Below, one piece after another: positions 13,070 to 22,231 of a DNA stretch of 64,000 nt. The DNA is from Euglena gracilis (Eukaryota). Within the stretch, counting starts at the first letter, position 1. The number at the start of each line of letters is the position of its first letter. Below the pieces are notes generated by a model, which made no database searches, was not told the origin of the DNA, and saw only the letters and a list, made by a program, of their open reading frames with translations. The DNA is taken from assembly GCA_039621445.1 (NCBI GenBank), contig CP154954.1, positions 8,992,634 to 9,056,633 of the forward strand. Direction: 5' to 3'. Position numbers and translations under genes: made by a program.

Positions 13070-14650
13070 ATGGCGATGGACTGGAGTGAGGCGTATGAGA
13101 AGTGCCCAACGTTCAAAGAGCCGTGGCAGGCCATCAAGCGCGGGCGGCCATGGCCCACCGGCTACCGGAAGGAGGCAGGCATACTGGTGAAGGATTCCGT
13201 CTGGTGTGTGCCAGATGCCCTGACCGAGCGGGCAATCCGAGAGCAGCATCGGGCGTCGTGGCACGTCGGTGGTGAGCGCCTCCTCGACGAGGCCAGCCGC
13301 AACTTCCAGTTTGCGGTGCCCTTCCGAGCACGCGAGCTGGCAGGCAAGATTCTGGCTACGTGCGAAGTCAGCCAGGCGTCAGAGCACCCCCACCAACCCC
13401 TCCGGCTCCGATCACGCCCACGCCATTGCCGCCCCATGTGATGTGTTCGGTGAGTGTGGATCTGTTCCACATGCCGGAGGTGGAGGTGGAGGGCGGCAGG
13501 CTGGTGAATGTGTTCGCAGCATGCATCGATCGGCACTCCGGCTGGGCGATCGCGACCGTGCACCACACCCGCGGGCTAACGGCGGAGGCGGCGGCGAAGG
13601 CGATGTTTGAGCAGTCGACGCAGTTCGGCGTGCCAAGCGTTATCACGTCGGACCGGGGCCCCCACTTCGTGGGGGCCTGGTGGAGCGCAATATGCGCAAG
13701 ACTGGGGGTGCGCCATGCCTTCTCGCAAGCATACCACCACGAAGGCAACGCCCGTGAGGAGGTCCTCGGCGCGCAGATCCAGAAGCGGCTGAGGAAGATG
13801 AAGGCGGCGGATGGCGTGGCGTGGCCGGACGCGCTGCCGCGGGCCCTGCGGACCCTGCACGACAGTGCTGGGCCAAGCGGCCTGAGCCCCTTCCAGGTGC
13901 TCTTCGGCCACGAGCGGTGGTATGGCGTGGTGCCGTACCAGCCGCACACGCGGGCCGAGGACGCGGTGGCCTTCTTCGAGCGCATGCAGGACATCGATCA
14001 TCGTGTCGTGAAGATCTTGAACGCGGAGCACGCCAAGACAGCCGAGACGGTCAACAAGCGGAGAAAGGAGCTGCCGGAGCTGGACATCAACGACAAGGTC
14101 TGGTATCTCCGCCAGCGCACCCGCACCGGCGAGAAGCTGGAGACGTACTGGATCGGGCCGTGCGTGGTGGCAGAGCGCACCAGTGAGATCACGTACGTGC
14201 TCCAGATGGAAGACGACCGGAAGCAGGTGGCCCACCGATCCCAAATCAAGAGCTACCGCCACGACCCAGCGCTCATGGGGCCACGGCTCCGCCTCTTCCA
14301 CTTCCGCCAGTCCAGGCCGGATGAGGGTTCCCGGGTGGACGAGTGGGAGGTGAAGGCGGTGGTCACCCACAGGTGCGATGCCAACGGCGACCTCGAGTTC
14401 CTGGTCAAGTGGCTGGGGTATGAGGAGAAGACGTGGGAGCCGCTGCGGCACTTCTTCCACCGGTACGCCTCCCTCATCGTGTCGCACTTCGTCGAACACG
14501 ACATAAAGGAGGACATCATGAAGTACCTCTCGAGGTTCCCGGAGGAAGCCCACATCGCCATCTGCCACGCCGTGGAGATCGAGATGGAGAAGGATAAGGA
14601 GTTTGGGCAGTCCTGGGAGGAGCCACCAGAGGAGTGGATGTGGCAGGACA
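13070..14650 (+). pseudogene. A1 integrase + chromodomain
   Basis: H..WH..CEVSQ (degenerate HHCC), SVDLF, ITSDRGPHF, GNAREE, WEVKAVVTHR..EFLVKWLGYEEKTWEP. Confidence 0.93.
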
Positions 14651-15487
14651 CCGACGACGGCGATGTACGTCGAGAAGGTGATGATTCTGGAGACGATGAT
14701 GAAGGTGATGGAGGAGACGAAGGAGATCGAGACCAAGAAGACGGAGGAGACGCTGGCCCGGCGGGTCCCCAACAAGCGGCCCACCCCAGGTACCCGGTCA
14801 GGGTCCACCGGCAGCCCGCGAGCTGCGAGCGCCCCGCCTCCGTGCGATCCGCGTCTGCAAGGGATGCGCTCTCCCGCGCTTGCCTTGCCCCAGCCCCACC
14901 GTCCACCACCCCATCACTCCCCATGTCCCAGGCGTACCCACCCCGCATTTCAGGCGTGCCTCAGAGACCCGGTCCCCGAGTCTCCCCTGCCCCCACGGGT
15001 AGAGGTCGCCGCCCCCGCGTGTCGACCCGCAGGGACGCCCCAGCTCGGGATCCCCCCTCCCACCAGGGGGCCCCGTTCCCGAGCACTCCCATTACCCGTC
15101 CCTGCGGCGAGGGGGCACCACCACCGGAGGCGTGCCCCTGCATGGCCACGGTGCGACCCGGCCCTTCCTTCCCAACAGGGAGGCCACCCCTGCCCCCTAC
15201 CCACACCCCATGGGGAAATGGAAAAGGCCTGCCGTCAAACTGGGATTTTCTCCATGGTGGTCGTTTTCCAGTTCATCTTTCTGTTCCTTCCCATCGCCTT
15301 TGACGTTCAGGACAGGCGGCTGGCAGCGCGCGTGAAGGAGCTGAGCAGATGATCATGCTGTGCTGTCGTCGTGAGGACATGCTGTGACGTCGGCGGCAGC
15401 TGGCTCACCCTCTGCTGACCTGATGGATACTGCTGCTTCTCACCCACCAACCCAACCACAAGTGGGCGGCCACCAACCCAAGGACAA

Positions 15488-16126
15488 GTGGGCGGCGGCG
15501 GCCTGAGCGCATGCGCACACAAAGTAGCGGAACCCTCCGCTACTACCTGACCACCCCCTTTCTGCATTTGCCTTCCGCAGGCTCCCTTGTTTCCATGGAT
15601 TCAATCTGATTTGTGCATTGGAATTCAAGTTTTCAAGTTCAATTGTTCAATTCAATCAAATACAAAGATTTCAAAGAAACCAAAGGAAACTGCCAAAGGA
15701 GAAATTACCTTCAAGGAGATCAAAGAAAACCTCAAGGAATTGGCCTACCAGGAGCGCCCCAAGGCAATTTCAAAGGTACTTGCTGGATTTGGCTGGGCTA
15801 AGTGGCTATAAGGGTGGGAAGCACCCCCTGAAAACCCCTAGCACCCAGGCTTTTCCGCCCCCCCTCTGTCCCCCCTCAATTTCCCCCCCTGCGAGGGCCC
15901 ACCTAAGCGGCTCCGCAGACCCCCAGAGGCATCGCAGGAGGCACCCCCCTCCACTCCGCCGCCGGGAATACTAAAAAATGGATCCCAACCCATTCCAAGC
16001 ACCCACGGAGCTTCCCAGGGCCTCCGTGGGGGCTGAGCCCACCCGCGCACCCCCCCTCGCCGGATCCGTGACCCGGGACCCACCCTGCCGGAACCCCAGC
16101 GAGACCGGGACCCCCCCTGGGAAACT
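15488..16126 (+). repeat. 5' LTR remnant of A2 (matches 29721-30360)
   Basis: Near-identical ~640-nt direct repeat ending GGGAAACT and abutting the PBS. Confidence 0.85.
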
Positions 16127-19100
16127 GGTAGCAGAGGATTACGACCCTACCCCACACAACAACCCATTCCTCGCGGCCCACTCTGAGGTGAACCTTCAGA
16201 TCACCGGCCGAGGCCCAGCACTCGGCGACCCCACCCCAGCGATGCCCGCAATCCCCTACGGGGGCCCCCCATCACATCTCCGTGGTAGCCCCCACGGGGA
16301 TGCTCAATGCACAGCCCTAGCCCTGCTGTCCCCAAGTACAAATGATTTTGATCTCGATAGCCCTCGGGATCGAACCCCCACCCCACGGAAAGGAAAGTCA
16401 ACCGGAAATCCCCTTTTCCCCCCGTTCCCATCGCTCGATGAAGCCCCATCAGTGCTGCCTCCACCCTTCTCTCCCACCGACTCCGACCCAAATCATCCCT
16501 CCATCTTCTCCATCCGTCCCCCACCCTCCTCCTCATACACCCCACATCCCCCATCCTTCAGCCCTCATCCCCCATCCTACTCCTCCCCGACATCCGACGT
16601 CCCAGACCCAACCGACGGACCGCAGCCCCCCCAAGGGAGCCGAGACATGGGGCTGCGGACCCCGTTCTCCTCTGGGGCCACTCCCCGGCCCCAGAAGGTC
16701 CCGAGACTCTCCCCAGAGGAAGGGGGAGCAGAGGAGACAGAGGAGCAGGAGCAGTGGGAGGAACAACGGTGGGAACCTTGGGGGTCTGAAGGAGGATGGT
16801 GGCCTACCGAGGGTGAATACAAGCAGGACGAGGTGTTCAACGACATCAAGGAGATGGCGGCACAACAACAACAAGACATCGAGGTAGTCAAACGACAAAT
16901 CACCGCGTGCGACACCGCAGTCAATCTCGTCCGCGAGCAAGCAACGCGTGCGTATGACGTTTCGATGCGATGCGCGGCAGAGACCACAACGCTGCACGAA
17001 GCCGCGAGTGCTGCGCAAACCGCGATCACACAGCACGAGGTTCGCTTCGCGATGGTGGAACGAGATGTCCAAGGGTTGAAGGAGCAGATCAAGACCGAGG
17101 TGGCATCATCATCATCCTCCAAGGGTGCAGCCATCGACACCGCGACAATACACGCAATCAGCAAACACGACGCGCGAATCACCGTCGTTGAAAGCGAGGT
17201 CCAAATGGTGAAGGAGCAGATCAAGATGGAAACAGTGACGCGAAACAGCGACATCCGGTCCCTAGTGGAAATGATGCGGCGCGAACACGAGCAGCAAGCA
17301 GCAAAAGGATCACCAAAACCACAACAACCGATCCAGAACCCGGAGATGGAGGTGGCAATGAACAGAATGACAGTGCGGATCCAAGAAATCGAACAATCGA
17401 AAGACCGACTGAAACGGGCAATGGTGGAGGAAGTGACGGCGATCAAGAAGGAGGTGGAGGCAATGAAACAGGCACAACAGACTCAGGTGGCGGTGATGGC
17501 AAAGGAGATCCAGGAGATGAAGCAAAAACAACAGACAACACAACTCCAACAACCGACCACATCCGACACTCTCATCCAGGATCTGATCTTCAAGGTGCAG
17601 GCCCTCGAGCAGAACAGCAAGCAGTTCAAGCGCGAGACGACGGAGTACGTCCGGAAGCTCGAGATCCAGGTGCACGACTTCCACCACCTTGGGGCCAGGG
17701 TACAAGCCCTGGAGACCTCCATGGCCCGAGCCAAAGATGAGAAGGACAGAGACCTTCTCCGGCTGAGCAAGAAGGTCGAGGTGGCGGACGAAGCACTGGC
17801 AAGGGCCATGGAGCGGGTGGAGAACAAGATGCACGAGGAGATCAAACGACTTCAACTCCCACAACAACTCCAATCAACGGAAGAGGTGGAGGACGGCATC
17901 CAACAGTTGCGGGAGAGAGTGCTCCATGGGGAGGGAGCGTTCTCCAAGGCCATCAAGGAGACAAAGACACAGCTCAGGGAAATACAGAGGGACATCCAGC
18001 TAATCCGGCAACAATCACGCCCCAATATGAGCAGCAGTGAACAGATGGAGCGAGAAGTGCAAGATCTGGCGAGACAAGTCGCACGGCTACAGCTCAGCAC
18101 AACAACGCCCGTCCAGGAACCACACATCCCCCGTGAAGAAGTCCGTCAACGTGCAGAGGTCCACACATTCCCGTCCCAACCGTACCCAGAAATACAAGCA
18201 CGACAACAATCTTCGGTTGCGGTGCGACCGGAGCTCAGGTTGGCAAGAAAGAGCACGCGATCAATGGTGCAAAGTGAAGCAGTGACATCAATCCCAGTAC
18301 AAGCAGTGATGCCAATGACGCAAGTGACACAGCCACCCAGGAGCACAACCGGAACGGCGGTGCGGGGGGTGGAAGTGACCATCGCCCCAGTGCAAGCACA
18401 CACCGTCAGTCCACAACTCCAACTCCTACCCCCACAACTCCTGGAGTCCATCAGCGGCAGACATCCCGGAAGGTTCAGCGGGATTGCAGAGGACTGGCCA
18501 ATGTGGAGAAGAAAGTGGATTCCGTTTCTACGAGAAACGGAAGGGCTGATGCCAGCAATGACCGATGCACAGCGATTGGCGTTGCTGCGAAGTGCACTCG
18601 ACGAGGCCGGGGCTCTCCTGGTGGACCAGGAGCTGGAAGCCAATCCGGACCTCGGGTACGAAGAGTACTGGGCGCGCCTCGACCTGGAGTTCGGGGCGGA
18701 AGACAAGGAGGTCCTCCGCCGCAAGCTCCACCGGCTGAAGATGGCGCATGCGGGCAAGCCAACAGAGAAGTCGTGGCGTGAGCTCTACGCACAGATGATG
18801 ACCCTGGGTGGGCAACTTGGCGATGTCAGTGATGCAGAACTGAGTCGCCTGTTGATGAATGCGATCCCAAGGGATCCGTGGCGAAGGAAGCTGGCGATGG
18901 AGGAGGACAAAAGGACAGAGAGGGGCACCTTGGTGCTCGATGGGCTGCCAATCGATGTGGCCACAGAGGAGGTGGAGAACATGGTGCTGGCGGAGACCGG
19001 GCTGAGACCACTTGCCGTGCGACGGTTCGGCAAGCGAGTGAAGGTGACGCCGCAAGGGGAAGAGCATCGGCATGCCATCAAAATGCTCTATGACCGGCAG

Positions 19101-19769
19101 CGGCTCCAAGGCGGGAGCGTTGTCAAGGTCTCCCCGGACAATGCGGAGTTGGGGCCAAAAGAAATCAACGAGCTGATGACTCGTTGGCTCCGAACGGAGC
19201 AGCGGATCGCCAACGCGCCCGAGCCGCAGCAAAGCTCCGGCCCCCAAAGGCAAGACCATCGGCCACAGCCGCGGTGGCACCGGGAAGTGGATGCAGAGTG
19301 GGATGGTGCGGAAGAAGAACAGGAAGAAGCTGTCCGGCAAGTGGGCAAGGGAAACAAACGGCAAGATAAGAGGCCCCCGACACCTCCAAAGGTGTCTGAG
19401 AAGAAGGAGGAGCAACCGACAAGCACGGTGCAACCCGGACCACAGCCCACCCAAAGTGCACCGTCACCGCCACCGGCGGTGAAGGGAGGAGATCGACAAC
19501 CAGAGTGGTCATCATCGGGACAGTGGCAGAATGCCCCGTACCAAGGCGGAGCGTCGTGGAACAACTCGTGGGATGCCAAAGGCAAAGGAAAAGGCAACCC
19601 ACAATGGTCAAAGGGAGGAGATGGCAAAGGTGGTGGACAAGACAAGGGTGGCAAAGGCAAAGGCGATGAGAAAGGCAAGAGCAAAGGAAAGGGAGATGGA
19701 AAAGGCAAAGGAGGAAAAGACGGCGGCCGGGGGAGGAGTGTTGCCGCCGTGGAGGAGTGGGAGGAGTGA
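15978..19769 (+). CDS. gag: A2 Gag-like protein (Pro-rich, long coiled coil, PxxFxG capsid-like motif, RRM-like insert, GK-rich tail)
   Basis: Uninterrupted 1263-aa ORF before pol; PGRFSGIAEDWPMWRRKW; no CCHC knuckle; true start codon uncertain because the ORF begins inside the LTR. Confidence 0.8.
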   Translation: MDPNPFQAPTELPRASVGAEPTRAPPLAGSVTRDPPCRNPSETGTPPGKLVAEDYDPTPHNNPFLAAHSEVNLQITGRGPALGDPTPAMPAIPYGGPPSHLRGSPHGDAQCTALALLSPSTNDFDLDSPRDRTPTPRKGKSTGNPLFPPFPSLDEAPSVLPPPFSPTDSDPNHPSIFSIRPPPSSSYTPHPPSFSPHPPSYSSPTSDVPDPTDGPQPPQGSRDMGLRTPFSSGATPRPQKVPRLSPEEGGAEETEEQEQWEEQRWEPWGSEGGWWPTEGEYKQDEVFNDIKEMAAQQQQDIEVVKRQITACDTAVNLVREQATRAYDVSMRCAAETTTLHEAASAAQTAITQHEVRFAMVERDVQGLKEQIKTEVASSSSSKGAAIDTATIHAISKHDARITVVESEVQMVKEQIKMETVTRNSDIRSLVEMMRREHEQQAAKGSPKPQQPIQNPEMEVAMNRMTVRIQEIEQSKDRLKRAMVEEVTAIKKEVEAMKQAQQTQVAVMAKEIQEMKQKQQTTQLQQPTTSDTLIQDLIFKVQALEQNSKQFKRETTEYVRKLEIQVHDFHHLGARVQALETSMARAKDEKDRDLLRLSKKVEVADEALARAMERVENKMHEEIKRLQLPQQLQSTEEVEDGIQQLRERVLHGEGAFSKAIKETKTQLREIQRDIQLIRQQSRPNMSSSEQMEREVQDLARQVARLQLSTTTPVQEPHIPREEVRQRAEVHTFPSQPYPEIQARQQSSVAVRPELRLARKSTRSMVQSEAVTSIPVQAVMPMTQVTQPPRSTTGTAVRGVEVTIAPVQAHTVSPQLQLLPPQLLESISGRHPGRFSGIAEDWPMWRRKWIPFLRETEGLMPAMTDAQRLALLRSALDEAGALLVDQELEANPDLGYEEYWARLDLEFGAEDKEVLRRKLHRLKMAHAGKPTEKSWRELYAQMMTLGGQLGDVSDAELSRLLMNAIPRDPWRRKLAMEEDKRTERGTLVLDGLPIDVATEEVENMVLAETGLRPLAVRRFGKRVKVTPQGEEHRHAIKMLYDRQRLQGGSVVKVSPDNAELGPKEINELMTRWLRTEQRIANAPEPQQSSGPQRQDHRPQPRWHREVDAEWDGAEEEQEEAVRQVGKGNKRQDKRPPTPPKVSEKKEEQPTSTVQPGPQPTQSAPSPPPAVKGGDRQPEWSSSGQWQNAPYQGGASWNNSWDAKGKGKGNPQWSKGGDGKGGGQDKGGKGKGDEKGKSKGKGDGKGKGGKDGGRGRSVAAVEEWEE
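16126..16139 (+). promoter_or_regulatory. Primer binding site (tRNA-iMet) of A2
   Basis: TGGTAGCAGAGGAT exactly where identity with the 3' LTR copy stops. Confidence 0.85.
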
Positions 19770-19805
19770 AGGGGCCGCCCAGGCCCCAGGGAAGGAGGCC
19801 TGGGC
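19767..19805 (+). promoter_or_regulatory. Putative gag-pol UGA readthrough signal (stop + 7-nt spacer + hairpin)
   Basis: TGA then GCCCAGGCC(19777-85)/GGCCTGGGC(19797-805); downstream frame is the gag frame and is conserved with A1. Confidence 0.65.
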
Positions 19806-20269
19806 AGGCAGTCAAAACCCCGAGCCGGAGACCGGCAAGAGGAAGTGCACGAGGTGAGAACCGTGCAGGTGTGCTCCACCACCCTGTCCAGGCATCGAGA
19901 GGAGGAAGGATGGCAGGTGGTGGAGAAAAAGAAAAGAAACCGCAAGCCAAGACAATCACCTCCGATGACACAACCCGACAAGGATCAAGGCGCAAAGGGA
20001 AGGAAGGAAGAAGAAGGGGAGAGATCTCTGCCAAGGCAATGGCAAAGATCAATGACAAAGAACAACATCCACTCCAAGGGAAAAGGAAGTAAGAAGGAAA
20101 CGACAACCTCATCGCGACAACCACCCAAGTGTCGACATCTACCACACAACACCCTCCCCGCGACACCAACCGGCATCCACAACAAGAAAAACAACACCTA
20201 CCCCAAAGAAAGCAACATCCACTCCGCGACACCGACCGGCAACAAGAAGAGCACCCAAGAAGCCTGACA

Positions 20270-21500
20270 GCCACGCGACATCCCGACAACAAGCGACACG
20301 AAACCCGGCAGCCACCCCACAAGCATCATCCGCCACAAGAACCGTTATCTCCACCCCAACTTCCCCACCATCAACAGCTCCCACCAGAACGCTCCTCTAA
20401 CCCGCTGCAGCCACCCCACGAGCATCATCAGCCACAAGAACCGTCATCTCCACCCCAGCATCTCCACCATCGACATCCCCCACCAGAACGGACATGTAAC
20501 CCGCAGCAGCCACCCCACGAGCGTCATCATCCACAAGAACCGTCATCCCCACCCCAACATCCCCTCCAACGACATCTCCCACCAGAACGGACATCCGAAC
20601 CCCGACCCCGACTGCAGCCGCCGCCACTAGAACCGACACCATCATCCAAGCTGCATCCTCCCCAACGACCACTCCCACCAGAACCTTCATCTTCACCGCA
20701 ACAACTACCTCGACAGCAGCTACCCCACAAACCCGCATCATCATCAGAGCGACATCTACTCCAACGTCAACATCCACCAGAACCTTCATCTTCTCCACAG
20801 CATCCACCATCGCCGCTGCCGCCACGAGAACCGACTCCATCATCTAAGCCACATCCACACCAACCACAACTCCCACGAGAACCTTCATCCACATCACGAC
20901 ATCCGTCATCGCAGCCGCTGCCACGAGAACTGTCTTCATCTTTGCAGCGACATCCACCCCAACATTATCGTCCACCAGAACCTTCATCTTCTTCGCGACA
21001 CCCACCTTCGCGGCTGCCACCACGAGAACCGTCTCCGTCATCTCAGCGACACCCACACCAACTTCATCGCCCACAGGAACCGTTATCTCCTCCGCAACAT
21101 CCACAATCGCTACAACCGCCACGAGAACCGATTTCGTCATCTCAACGGCATCCACATCAACCACAACTCCCACCAGGACCGTCATCTGCATCACCACAAC
21201 AGCTGCCTCTGGAATCGTCATCAAAGCGACATCCTCATCAACGATATCACCCACGGGAACCGTCATCTACTTCGCGACATCCACTGCCACTACAGCCGCC
21301 ACTCGAACCGCCATCATCATCACAAGGAAACACCCCGCTACCACTCCCACAAGAACCTTCATCTTCGTCTCAGCATCCACCTCAACAACAACCTCCACTG
21401 GAACCGACTTCTACACCGCATCCCCACCAACAACACCAACCACCAAGCGATTCCCAGCATCAACCACAACCGCCTCAAGAAGGATCAAGACAACATCTAC
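20270..21500 (+). repeat. Degenerate ~60-nt coding tandem repeats (P/Q/S/H-rich linker)
   Basis: Recurring ccac(a/g)agaacc(g/t)tcatc units. Confidence 0.75.
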
Positions 21501-21631
21501 AACAAGAAACACCGCATCCGCATCCAACATCCAGCAGCATCGCCCAAGCCACATCCACATCCGTGCCTCCAGACTCAGTGACGCCAGAAGCAAAAGAAGA
21601 GAAGCACCAGCAGAGCCGCGGACGCGCGCTC

Positions 21632-22231
21632 TGGGCGCTGGACCTGTTATCCGGGGCGAGGAGTGTCCGCCGGGCCCTCGAGGCAATGGGCTACCATGTC
21701 GTGAGTGTCGACTGGGACTCCCGGTGGCACCCCGATGTGGTGGCGGACATCCGGCGATGGGAGTACTGGCAGCAGTATTCCCCGGGTGACTTCGATCTGG
21801 TGGCAGCATCCCCACCATGCACCGAGTACTCATCGGCAATGACGACAAGGCCGAGGCGGTTGAGGGAAGCAGATGCGGTGGTGAGGAAGACAAGGGAGAT
21901 CATCCAGTACCTCGCTCCGGCGAAGTGGTGGATCGAGAATCCCCGGCACGGGCTGCTCCGCAGGAGGCGAGTAGTCCGAGACCTGGCCTTCGTGGACCTC
22001 GACTACTGCATGTTCGAAGACTTCGGCTACCGGAAGCCCACCCGGTTCTGGTTACCGAAGGAGATGGCCAGGGATCTCACCAACGTGTTGTGCGATGGCC
22101 GATGCAAAAGCTCGGTGCAAGGGGACAAAGGAAGACGGCGCCACCGGTTCCAGCTGGGAGGCAGGTGCCCCCACAGAGTGTCACGAGAGGAGGCGTACAG
22201 AATCCCAAGCGGCGTGGTGGAGTACCTGTGC
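21632..22231 (+). CDS. C5-cytosine DNA methyltransferase domain in A2 pol
   Basis: ALDLLSGARS (degenerate motif I), ASPPCTEYS, WWIENP, DYCMFEDFGYRKPTRFW, AYRIP; 200-aa homologue of 9426-10025. Confidence 0.92.

Larger units (their letters stand above)
8890..15457 (+). mobile_element. Gypsy family A copy 1 (A1): 5'-truncated (no gag); DNMT-PR-RT-RH-IN-chromodomain; continues at 30361-34978
   Basis: Colinear and homologous with A2 from the post-gag hairpin onward; multiple frameshifts and stops. Confidence 0.9.
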
